Assembly (NCBI GenBank): GCA_973895155.1
Contig: OZ316898.1
Coordinates: 17,970,752 to 18,034,751, forward strand
Direction: 5' to 3'
From: Marsupella aquatica
Lineage: Eukaryota; Plantae; Marchantiophyta
Length of the DNA: 64,000 bases
Shown piece by piece: positions 12,201 to 24,113 of the stretch. How positions within the stretch are numbered: the stretch's first letter is position 1; the number at the start of each line of letters is the position of its first letter. The translations under genes were made by a program, and so were the position numbers. The notes under the pieces are model-generated. The model did not search any database, had not been told where the DNA came from, and saw nothing but the letters and a program-made list of their open reading frames with translations.

Positions 12201-12827
12201 GCTGGTGAGTGTGTGGAAGTCTTGCTTACAATAATTGACTGTTTTATGTGAGCAAAAGTTTTACTCATGTGAACAAATCTTTTGGTTGTTCCTCACTTCA
12301 TTGAATAGTTCTTTTTAACAAATATTTTCTACTCTTACCGCTGTTTCCCTTTGAAGAAGGACTACAGTAGTTAGGCTAGTGTGCTCTAAGGCTACCGGTA
12401 ATCACAAAGCATTCTTTTCCAAACTGGAAATGTCTCTCTCAAAAGTGTCATGAGTGATCTAAAAGTGCAAGTATATAACTAAAGTGTTCAATGCTCCAAA
12501 CTCCAAAAATTTGAAGACTAGATTGAAATCGCACGAATCATGTCCAAAACCATTTTGGTAGCATGTGATGAAACCTCTAGCACGCACCATAATACACAAG
12601 GTCCCGTGGAAAACAGGAATGCTTCAGTTTCCCTTTGCGTCTCCAATTTTTGGATGGTGACAAATAAGAAGTAAGAGCTGTGACTAACAATGGAAGTCTT
12701 TCCATAAGTGAGAAGCAGTCTTGCGTTTTCCTTCCTATTTTATGTTTGTTTGTTTGCATGTGAATATACTTTTGCGTGGAACTTGTGAACAGTTGGATCA
12801 ACAGTTAATCCCAGCCTGAACAAATGG

Positions 12828-12953
12828 GATATTCCATTAAGTTAGGGGTAGAAAAAATCCTAAAAAAACCTTTATTGACTTAAGTTTTAGGGTGTTTATT
12901 CCCCCAAAACTTTGCGCGTGATACGGGACACCCCTTGGATTGAGGCCCCTGAG
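12828..12953 (-). mobile_element. Truncated end of the CT(C/T)..GGG-TIR MITE family
   Basis: The reverse complement (CTCAGGGGCCTCAATCCAAGGGGTGTCCCG...AATAAACACCCTAAAACTTAAGTC) matches 34738-34865. Confidence 0.7.
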
Positions 12954-15009
12954 AAGTAGGGACCCCGGGATGACGTTGCTTTGAAACCTTTGTATAGTAC
13001 ACTTCATCACTGCCTCTCTCATTCTCTTGTTGGGATGAGGTTGTAGAGAGCTAGATACCGACCAATTGCACTTGCGGATATCATCGCTGATTGACCCAAT
13101 AGAAGATAAAGTTCTACTGTCTGGAGGAGAAGCTCAAGGCTAGTGCTTAACTATTTTTAATCAGTTATTTGTTTTAACGGTAGTTACTATTTTAATTTCA
13201 ACACTCACTTATAAGGTTAGTGAAATTTAATGTGATTTCAAATACGATATTATACAAATTAGTTGAATTTTCAAAAAATCAAAAATTAAATTAAATGGTT
13301 AGTGTTAAAAAATTATTCTTCCTTTGCATTTGGTTTATTTTTACGCTTAGAATTTATGGCATGGCAACCCAGATTTTACATGAAATTGCCACAAACACGA
13401 TTTGTGCAGTCAATTTTCTTCACAAAACAGTCATGTCCTGTCTGTGACCTTAGATGGAATCCCCCCATTGCAAACACTATTCTCAGGTAGGATTACTTAG
13501 CTTGAAGTGATTTATATAAATACATATAACTAACTCAGATGACATGAATTTGAGAGAATGGTTACTTGACTTTTGTGCAAAGGTTATTTTGTGACTCTAT
13601 GGTACTTTCAAGCTTTGGATGGACATCCCAGCTTTTTTTACTTAAGATTTTGTTGTGGATTTTTCTGTTTAGATAAACTAGCCCAATTACCAGTTCCTTG
13701 AACGTAAATAGATATGAATAAAAACAATCTTGCAGTATAAATTTTCTATGCGCACTATTTTAGTTAATCTTTGCCCATACTTGTTTCTTGTCCACCCTCA
13801 TTTCAGTTTTGTCTTTATTTGAAATCAATATCATTTTTGTCTTTCCTCATTAAAAAAATAAATTATTGAGACTCGTGATCACTTTTGTAAGGGTTACTGT
13901 CTAGAGGCTTCAGTCTAGACCCTAGGTTGTGAACTGCAGTTGGAGCTTTACTAGTAAGATAGAGTGTTTCCCACTATTATGCTGCTGCTACCTTGGAGAT
14001 GAAAGCATCACATCACTTTAGTTATTGACAAGACTCTGCCTTCTGGCCAAAATCCCTGTGAAGGTTAGCAATTCCTTTCTACTATCACCCCGCCCATCTT
14101 GAGGTATTCTATTTTGCGAGCAAACAGGAGATTTTGATAGCGAGGAGAATGTTATTAGCGAGACACTAATGGTTTCAAATTTCGTTTGCTTCTTGGTGCC
14201 TTTTATATTTTTTGTCTTTTTTTAAAGACTCCAGATGGCTAGGGAGCTCGCTAGCAAAAAAGGGAGTCCCCAAAAGGGATGTTACCAACCAGTTAGTTGG
14301 TAGCGAGGCAGTTGGATGTAGAAAAATAGGGGTCATGCAAGAATGTTTTTTGCTCGTGCGAGAAGAAATTTTACTATTTGCTCGCACATTACAATTACCC
14401 TCCCATCTTCAATTAATTGTAAACCCATTGGTTAGTGAGACAAGGTTTTAGATGGTTCCACTATTGGTGCCTTAGTAGCAGCATAGTTGGAAACTGACAT
14501 TTTTTTCTTGCCCACAAGGAGTATTCTTATTGGCTGAAATTCCATTCAATTGACTTGATCGGGCCCCAAAACTGGTCCCATAATAATGTATTGTAAAAAG
14601 GAAACCAGCCGCCCCCACTACAGCGCAAGATGGGCCGAGAACAAAGTACCACTAGTCATTAACAGGCGTAGGTAGACCTGAGGTAGGTCGACCACAAGGA
14701 GTAACCCCAAGTAAGAAGAATCAAACAAGGGGGGCAGAACCAGGGCCGAATTAAATCATGCATTAATTGATGGGCAAGCCCAATCTGGGACCGCAAGTAT
14801 GCCTTCCTGGTAAATCAGACTCCACTATAAGGGTTTGGTTCCATGCTGCAGGGGCGTGCAAAGTCTTGGGGAGTACGGCCGCACCCATGCAGTTTTGTCT
14901 TTTCTGTGGGCAAGCAAAGAGGATCAGGTGGCAAGGGGGGCATCCCAGGACAAAACAGCACGGTGGGGAGCACGAGTTCCCTCATGAGACTGCTGGCACT
15001 CCTGGTTAG

Positions 15010-15298
15010 AGAATCTCCTGCGGTGGGGTCAAGTGAGCCTAAAAACTGCCAAAAAGAGCATATAAGGGCTTCGTTTTATTTTGGAGGGATGGCTCTCCAA
15101 TAATGGTGGCCCACATCCCTATTTGAATGGTACCCAGTTTCCATTTTCACAACTGTGACTCTCCTGCTCTAGGGTCGAGTGAGCCTAAAACTGCAAAAAG
15201 GAGCATACAGGGGCTTATTTTGGAGGGATGGCTCTCCCATGGTGCCCCCTACCCCTAAATGAGTGGTACCCAGTTTCCATTTTCACTACGGTGACTGC
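15010..15298. repeat. Tandem duplication, unit about 145 bp
   Basis: GGGTCRAGTGAGCCTAAAA...TTTTGGAGGGATGGCTCTCC...TGGTACCCAGTTTCCATTTTCAC occurs twice. Confidence 0.85.
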
Positions 15299-18200
15299 CA
15301 TGTTTGGTAAAAAATGGCAGCCAGGACAATATCTCTATCTTGGCCTACACTCCCATCTACTTCAGAAATTCCACATGTCACAAGATCCTTGCTTGACATT
15401 TTGAACTGGGTAATATGATATCAAATCATTTTGGAGGGTTGGATAGGACAGAGGTGAAAGAAAGAATAACAGCTGTTGCCTGAATTTAATAAGAGCCAAC
15501 TCACACGTAGCAGCCCTTAACATTGTGGCCCTCAGCACTTGCAAAACTACGGGGAGAAGTAGATCTGCTGCCCTGCAGCATCTCAAGTGCACAAGGCTGG
15601 TTGTGTCCCTCCCTTGTTGTTACCCCTTGAAGCTTATACTGGGGACACATTGTTTTATTATGAAACAAATATCAGTTTGGATCATTTTGATGGTTATTGA
15701 ATGTAGAATAGATTAGTACAAATTTCTACATATGTACATGTTCCATGTCTCACTGTGAGCCTCCCCCCCCCCGCCCCCCCCCCCCCCCCCCCCACATCAA
15801 TAATGTTCTCCTAAGATATTGGTATTTAATCATAATGACATTAAAGATACATGTACACCTAATGTAAACTGGACCTCAATATCCAAAACACTTGTCAATA
15901 TGATATAAATATCTAATTATACTTTGGATCTCCAGGGTTTCACTATATGGATGCCTCCCTATCCCTTGCGACGTTTTTAGGCCTCGGACCCCCTAAAATG
16001 TAAGAAAAATAATAATTTTCAACTCCTATGAAGTTAGAATATTCCAAAATTTGTTAGGAATTGACTCGAGTTCCCGACTTAGTTAGTTTGGCCTTACTAG
16101 GGTTAGTTAACCCTGGATTACATTAGGATAAGATCTGCTTAGTTTAGGCCCACCCATCTTGGCCCCCTTGGGGGGTATACGTTGGAGAGAGAGCTTTCTC
16201 TCCTTCATTCTTCACATGTACTTCTCATGAGCTATGGATCCTTCAAGAGTTTCTCCATTGTGGTGTCTTGTTGGTGTAGTGTGAGATTGAGTGCTTTCAT
16301 GTTCCGCATTCTTGTCTAGTACATGAGCCGACGGTTTCTTACAAGTGGTATCAGAGCTTCGTGTTCGAAGTTCGGTTGCGTGGACAGTGGTGAGAGTATT
16401 CTTTGTGTTGAATCGGGGTGACAAATTGGATCGTTATCGACGAGTGTATGATCGTGTCATTGGTCATTGTACATTGGAGGTTTTGTGTTGGAATAGGTGA
16501 CGGTTTTCCAATTGAAACTTCAATAGAAGTGTCGGATGTGTCATTGTGCTTCCAAAGGTATTGTAAGGTGAATAATCCTAAGATCTCTTGTGCACATCAA
16601 TGCGTACTATGTTTTTTGGTAGAGATCTCATTGTTTTTTCATCAAACGAGTGCGGAGCAATGTTGATTGAGGCAGCATTGGGCTAGAAAGCAAACATTTT
16701 TTATTGGCGGCCATAGCCATGAGCTGCATGATACGGCTGTGCTGAATCATGGATTAGGGCAGAAACCAAAGTTTGGCGATGACTTTGGATGCCTGGTGGT
16801 GAGATAGCTTTCGTCGTTCTAATTCCAACGTTGTAAAGCGGAGATCAAACGGAGGTCTGGTTATGGAGTTATGTATGATCAAAGTTCCTGCCATTTGTGA
16901 TACGAAAGAAGCGGCGCACATTGCGGGGAACGCTTTTCTACATGAGGCTCGTGTAGAACCTTGACTTGTTGGGCCACAAAGGCTTGGACAAACAGGTTTT
17001 CGTGCATTTTACCTTGAGGTGGCAAAGTCTTTCTACGCGAGACTTGCATAGAAGTCTTGGTTTGTTCGGCGAATAGGACTGGACGAACGGCCTGAAAAAT
17101 ATTTCTTGAGGTGACAGGGACCTTTTTTTTACACAAGGGTCGTGTAGAGCTCACCCTCTACACGAGAGTTGTGTAGAAATGTGACCAGTTTCGTGTTCTG
17201 GTACCATTGTGGTACTATTTTTGTGATTCGATAGGGCAAACGAGTTTCGTTTTCAGAGATTTTTTGCACAAGTGTTCCCAAGGGAGTAGGGAAGGGGACT
17301 GAAAAATTTGTTTTGGAAATAGAGGTCTGTGGAATTTTTTATTAAAATATTCCTTCAACGGGGTTTGAAACGAGGTCCTGGCTCAAGTGTCCATTTGTAG
17401 AGCTGCTTGGTGTTTTGGAAATATTACCTTGCAGGCTACACGGCGGTGCATTTCATTTCCACTTTTGCCAACTTTCATTTTTGGTGATTTGTGTGTGGTG
17501 GTATTTTGGTACTTGTGTTTCCTATGTGTTTGTAACAACATCCATGACTTCGCGAAAGCTTGCGACGCCAAAGTTTGAGGTGGAGAAGTTTGACGGGAAG
17601 GTCAGCTTTAGCCATTGGACTCGGAAGGTGACTAGTGTGTTGATCCAACAGGGTCTTGAGAAGACCATCACTAGAGTGAAGCCCTCGACTCTGACAGATG
17701 AGGAGTGGGAAGACATGTTGGTGTAGGCGTGTAGTACAATTGAGTTGTTCTTGGCTAACAACATTCTCAAGAACGCATTGGGGATGGATCGTAATGCCAA
17801 GAAGATCTGGGATACGCTTAATCAGCTATACCAGAGTACTTCATTGACTACTCATATTTACCAGTTGGAGCGGTTGTTCAGGTTGAAGTTAAAGGATGGT
17901 GGCAATATGAGTGATCACCTAAGTCTCTTTGATGAGATTGTGCACGAGGTGACCACGGCAGGAGATAAGTTGACCGATGAGTACCTTGCAATGCATTTGT
18001 TGATGTCGCTTCCGAAGAGTTTTTTGACATTGGTGACGGTCATCACACATGACAAGACAACATTGAAGCTGGATGCGGTGAAGGCTACTATTCTTGCAGA
18101 ATGGAGCAAGCGACATCTCTCTACCCGTGATGATGAGTCTGCTGCCTTACTGGTTAGAGGCAGAACGATGGAGCGTACTACGGATCAGTCTAAATCTAAA

Positions 18201-19505
18201 TCTCAGAGTAGATCTAAATCTAAGTCTTGTAGTAAGAAAGTTCAGTGTTGGCATTGCCATGAGAAGGGCCACACAAAGTGGAATTGTCCTTCTCTATCAA
18301 AGCAAAAGGGTTCTACTTCCAATGGTGCGTCCTCATCGTCAGCTGGCATTGTGATTGCTGATCATGAGGATGTTGCTGAAGTGTTATGTATTGGTGTTGT
18401 GAATTTTGTGTATGACAATAAATGGATGTTGGATTTGGGTTCCTCTTATCACGTGTGTCCAACGCAATCGTATTTCTCCACTTACCAACCTTGTACCCGT
18501 ATTGTGGAAGTTGGAAATGGTGTCCGATGTACGATCGTTGGCATGGGGACTATCAAATTCCCGATGTTTGATGGTGTTGTGAGAGCATTGATGGAAGTCA
18601 GGCACATACCAGACATCTCTAAGAACTTGATTTCTCTTGGCGCTTTGGAAGCTGGTGGATCTCATTTCACTGCAGGTGATGGTGCACTCTTTGTCGTCAA
18701 AGATGATGTATCTTTGATTAAGGCGCTACAGCAGAATAATTTATACATCTTGGAAGGAGATGTCATTGCTCCTAGAGTGGAGCATGTGCCTGGATTCTGT
18801 GGTGGAACGTTTGGATGCAGCGGCAACAGCTCCCGTTGAATCATCTTCGGCTGCTTCAATTGAAGCACCCTCAACATCTGGTTGCACACAAGCCATAGAT
18901 TTGTGGCATGCACGGTTGGGGCACTTGAGTGGTAAAGGATTGGCAGCCTTGGCAAACAGAGATTTGCTACAAGGCACTCAATCTGGTAAACTCTCTTTCT
19001 ATGAAGATTGCATCTTTGGCAAGCAGAGGAGAGTGAGTTCCAGTTCTAGTTCATACCATTCTCATGAAATTCTTGAGTATGTACATTCGGATGTTTGGGG
19101 TCCAGCGCCGGACCCGTCATTGGGTGGAGCCAGATATTTTGTGACGTTTGTAGATTATTACTCTCGAGTGTGTTGGCTGTACTACATGAAAGAGAAGTCT
19201 CAAGTATTTGAGATCTTCAAGGAGTGGAAAGCCATGGTGGAGCTACAGACTGGGAAGGAGTTGAAGTGTGTTTGGTCAAATAACGGTGGCAAGTATAGGT
19301 CCAATGAGTTTGACCAATTTGGTCGGGACCTTGGCCTCAAGCGTCATTATATTGTACCGGAGACCCCGCAGCATAATGGAATTGCAGAACGGTTGAATCG
19401 GACATTACTGGAGAAAGCACACAACATGCTTTGTAAGTCCAAATTGCCCAATAATTTTTGGGCTGAAGTTGTCAACCAAGCTGCATACGTCTACAATCTG
19501 TCACC

Positions 19506-22500
19506 TGTGGCGCGTTTCCCAACACCTCTAACCCCAAGAACCATCCGCAACCTGCTTTTGGTTGGCTTATGGTGGTTTGGCTACCATTTGGCTTGGAAAC
19601 GCGATCTACTCTCGATCCACACTATGCTGGACCGATTCTTTCACTGGCTTGGAAATTGTGCATTGCTATGACACCTAATTCTCAATTGACTTCGTCAGGT
19701 ATGTTTGTATTCCGCCCTCGAAATGTACCTCTACGGCTTAATCTCTTAAGCCGGCTGAAGGTTTTTCTCAGACCGACTCAACCCACACTTTAACCAACAA
19801 AACACTCTCAATCCTCACTTTTCTCTCAAAGTTTGGTTTGGCAGTCTCCAATCAAGACAATGCGATCGTATAGCTTCACAGTCGCTCTAACTGACTTAAA
19901 TCGATTAAGCGACAAGTATCACAACACACAATGCCATGATTGCAAGAATCTGCGAACTAGGCAACAAGGCCAACTCAATTCAAACAATTGCACAGAAATG
20001 GAAATTTGTGGTTTACTGATAATCCGCGGTCTAGATTTAGCCGAGAGCTGTATGCTAGCAATACTGACTTTACACTAGAGTCTTGACTAAGAAAAAGCCC
20101 CCCGAGCCACGCTGCCCAGGTTTTTATCCTTGCAACGCATTCAGGGGAAAAGGCGGAAATCCTAACCACAACTCACAGCCTTCCACCGTGATAGTCCAAC
20201 TAAAAAAACTATCACCTAAAAAACTTGACTAGCCCGGAACCCTGTGGGAATCGAGCATCTAATACTACCTAAGCCGACAGGGCGCTACTTGCCCTGTCCC
20301 ATCCTACAATGGCCGTGCCCTTCTGGCCCAAGCCCTTCTCCTACCGCCACATCCTCCTTCCAACCGATGACTGGCCCTCCTTAATTGTCAGATGACCGGG
20401 GGTAAGCCCGAATCTTCCAACTCTGCGCCTTCTCCTGCCATCGGCTCCGGCTTGATCCCTTCGGCTTCCTTGACTTCGGGTTTTGGTTTGTCGGCCCCAG
20501 CATCGGCTGTGGCATCGGCTGTGACCTCGGCATCCTCCTGGGAAATGGCTTGGATAGCGTTGGCCTTCACTTCCTCAATCCAAGCCCGCTCTCCAATACG
20601 TTCTGTATTGATTTTCCACGGCTTCACATTCTGGTAATCCATGGTGGCTGTACCGGTGTCTGAACCTGTTGCCGCAGCTCCAAGTTCATCGGCATTACTT
20701 ATCTCTACCACGGCTGCCTTTGTAGCAACAGTCCCACAAATGTGGGCGGCCATACTCTCGACCTCTTCTAGCTGGCGTGGCTTTAAGAGGTACCCCAGAA
20801 GTACCTGCTGGCCCCATGAATGTTTTGGCCAGATCCACAACCAACTGCATTGCCTTACCCCTCTTACTCTTGACAATATAGATGTCGGCTTCGGCACCTC
20901 AGTATTCCCGACAACCACGCCACTAGCGGGAGACCGTCCAGTTGGTGATCCGTGCTCAGCTTTGGCATACTTTCGCAACTTCTCTATTTGATTATCCGCA
21001 CGCCTCTGCAAGCCGATCATCTTGTCTTTGGCCTCCTCCAGCTCTTGGGATAAATCCTCAACCTCCTCATTAAGCCGGTGCGCCTCCTCTTTGGCCATCT
21101 TGAGCTCCTTGTTTAAGATTTGCACAATCTCAAACTCTTGCTTATCCAAAGCGGCTCTCTGGGAATCGTTGATGCTTTCCAGCTTTGTGACCTCATCCGT
21201 CCATGCCTGCTTTGTCCTGATTAGCTCCTCCTGAAGCTCCTTGCGTATTTGTTGGACTCGGCTTAGGTGATCATTGGCCGCTGTGCAAATGTCGTCATCA
21301 TGCTTCTCACGCATGGCCTCCAACCGGTCGAGTAACTTGTCATACTTCCTTTGGGCTTCTGCCAAGGCTTTCTCTATCTGGGTGGCCTGTTCCTTAGCCG
21401 TCTTTTTGAGCCTCTCGACTTGGCAATTTAGACCCTGTACTTCTGCTTTTGAATTGGCTAACTCCAGCTCTACCTTTGTCAATTTTTCCTTGATCTGCTG
21501 GTTATCCAATTGGTAGTTTTCCAATTGGTTGTTCGCCACTTCTAATTCTTGCTGCTTAGCCAAGAGATCCTGCTGAGTTGGTTGATCAGACTTTGTCTTA
21601 GCAACTTCGGCTTCCATGGAGCGAAGCCGAGCGATTACCTCTTCTTTCTTTAATCGCTCCAACGTCATTGCCTCCTCCAACCTTGTTTGGTCAGCCATTT
21701 CCTTTCTAAGAAATGGTCCGGATTCTAACTCATTGCCGAAGATTTCTAAGGCTAGTAGTCCATACATGTATCCATACTCCCTAGCCCTATCCCTGACATA
21801 TTTTGATCTGCCAGGTGATACTGGCATCTGCCAACGAGGCCGTTTCTCCCAGGCTTTTGCCCGTAATTGATCAAAGTCAGTGATAGGTTCGGCCTGCTTC
21901 TCACTAAGCCGTCTTATTTCCTTCGGCCAATCACCGCCTGGTAGCTGTCGTTCCTGCATGTCATTTTGGGCCCTCCACTCGTCGAGTTTCTCCTTCAGAC
22001 CTGCCTTGGTTTCCTTCATTCGGTCAAATTCTAATGGTGTCACGTCCGGTGGAGGAGACTCTGGGGTTTTTTGATCCTCCGGCTTGCCATAAAAGACTGA
22101 GGGAAGTCTTCTACAAAACCTTCCCAATGTTCTCACTTCCGGCACCGGTCTCTCCCCATGATCGATAGAATCATCGTCATAGTCATCCACACTAACCTGA
22201 CTACCGAGCATGCCGGCCTCCTTTGCAAAGCCCCCAATCTCCTCCTCTGAGTATTGTTGGGCTGCCACTAGTTGATTTACCTCCACCGGTTCCTCCACTC
22301 GGGCCCGGTTATAAGCTCTAAGGACTGGCCTCTCCGGACTTCGGCCTCGGCTTCCATCTTCTGACTCTGAATCCATTTGCTCATCTCGTTTCTTTCTTTC
22401 TTCGGTAGTCATCTTCCTCCCTACCAGTTGAATACCTGCATATGGGTTATTACAAGTAGGCCGTCGCAGCAGATTTCTCACCACGTCATATGTTACCACC

Positions 22501-24113
22501 TCTGGTTCCTTGAGAGGGGAATTCTCCCGTCCCTGGACTGCCTGTATTGCCGACCTCTTCTCTTACCGTCGCTTGTTCAGGGGCTGCTCGTCCTCCTCCA
22601 CCTCCTCAAGTGGTGTAGTGATCGGCATCCGCTCCTGTATAGGCAACACTGGTGCAAAAGACTGGCTTCTTGCATATCGGCAAAGTAATTGCAGATGGTA
22701 CCCTAGTCTGGATACCGCTCCTTCCCCAATGCTCTGCTTCTCTTCATTCAATGCCTTCTTCAACTGCATTAAGAGATAGTCGTTGTAGTCTCGGCTTGAA
22801 TCGATATTCTCCACCAAAAATACCTGGGCTTTGCCGATTTCTGCTCTTGGCAAGGTACAATGCAACGTGACTCTCAGGAAATCAATCAGCTGCCCTATAT
22901 GCGGGTTTGTACATTGATTCCTGAAGAACCCATTCTTAGTGGAAGGCCCTGGAAATGACCTGAACTGGTCATCCGACAACATCTTCCTTTGCTCCACCTT
23001 AGTCTTCCTTCCTGTTGCTAAAGCGAAGACGGCTTCGATAAGCGCAGGTGTTAGTTTGAACACCTTTCCATACAGCAGTGTCGTGTTGGAAGAAGCCTCC
23101 CAGCATCCCACAAAGTCCAACAGATCCTCATCTGGTATCTCTTTTATCCGCCATGGTAATCGGATGAATCCCTCTAAGCCGGTGTTGTTCATGTATCCCG
23201 AATACTTGTTATTCTGGATAGCACACAAGACCTCATCTTCTTCTCGTGCAAATTGCAGTTGTAAGTCGGCAGGTAGCCTATCCGCCCAACCCGCCATAAA
23301 CTTATCCTCTACTGCCCTATCATGAACTGGCACGGCTTTAGCCTTAGCCTGCCTCTTCGACCGGTTCCGCTTAGCTGGTATCGCAGATGCCGAACTACCC
23401 TTACACTTCATCTCCTCCGTTCCTGAGAACTCTCCAAGAATGGCTTCCTTGCTCCAAGCCAAAGTGTGACCCTTCAACTCCCACACCAGCTGCCCAACGT
23501 TCTTAATCGCCTCCCGAATTCCAACGACTCGATTCTGTTGGATCAGCAATTCGTCAAGCTCGGCACTGGTGGGAGTCCATGCAAATTTCTCAAGGACTTC
23601 TTCCGTTCCCGCAAAAGCCATCTTATGAATTCCCCATAACCGTGCGAGCTCCGCCCGTTCCCTTGCTGCTCGTTCCGGCTTGACGTCTTCGTAAGTTGGT
23701 ATGAGCTGTCGTGCTTCTTCAAGCAAACAACCCCAAAACTTGGCCACTTGATTCACCGTGGTCATTCCAGCGAAAGAGAAAAGAGCTTGAGAAATTCCCT
23801 AACCACCTCCCCCGATCGATCGGCAGCTGCTTCCACCTCCCTAGGTTGATCGAACAAGCAAATGAGCAAGTGTACAGAGTGTCGGTCCCCTCCCTACGAA
23901 GCCGCCTCTTGATGGCTTACCTGATCAAGCCCAGATTAGGTCATAACCCTAATCCTACTTAATCGCGACCGTTGGATCCTATCCTCACAATCTCCCCCGA
24001 ACACGTTGCAATCGGCTTCGATCCTTATTCCTCCCTTATTCTATCTACCTAATCTTTATTTAGCCAGTATTTTAGGCTTAACTAAGTACTTTGTGATCCT
24101 AGCAAGGCATCAA
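19506..24113 (-). mobile_element. 4.6-kb insertion nested in the copia integrase; probable solo LTR of a gypsy-type element carrying a long ORF
   Basis: 5-bp TSD TCACC at 19501-19505 and 24114-24118. Ends are TGTGGCG...GCATCAA. The integrase frame resumes exactly (NLSP|HSSKLMQTPFE). No internal terminal repeats or gag/pol motifs. Confidence 0.8.
20388..23765 (-). CDS. ~1125-codon reading frame with one internal TAA (22565-22563): retroelement accessory-like N-terminal domain plus long coiled coil
   Basis: ORFs 23765-22563 and 22499-20388 are in the same frame and joined by 21 open codons. GLEGFIRLPW...LLDFV...LTPALIEAVFALATG resembles plant-mobile-domain-like accessory proteins, followed by about 300 aa of E/K/Q-rich heptads. 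Confidence 0.7.

Noticed and set aside
13966-14493. Inverted repeat GTTTCC..CTATGCTGCT suggesting a MITE
   Set aside because: The ends are too degenerate and no TSD could be fixed.
15760-15793. Poly-C run as a functional G-quadruplex
   Set aside because: Simple homopolymer in intergenic DNA with no supporting context.
20392-23325. Series of Ser-rich plus-strand ORFs
   Set aside because: Antisense shadows of the long minus-strand coiled-coil ORF.
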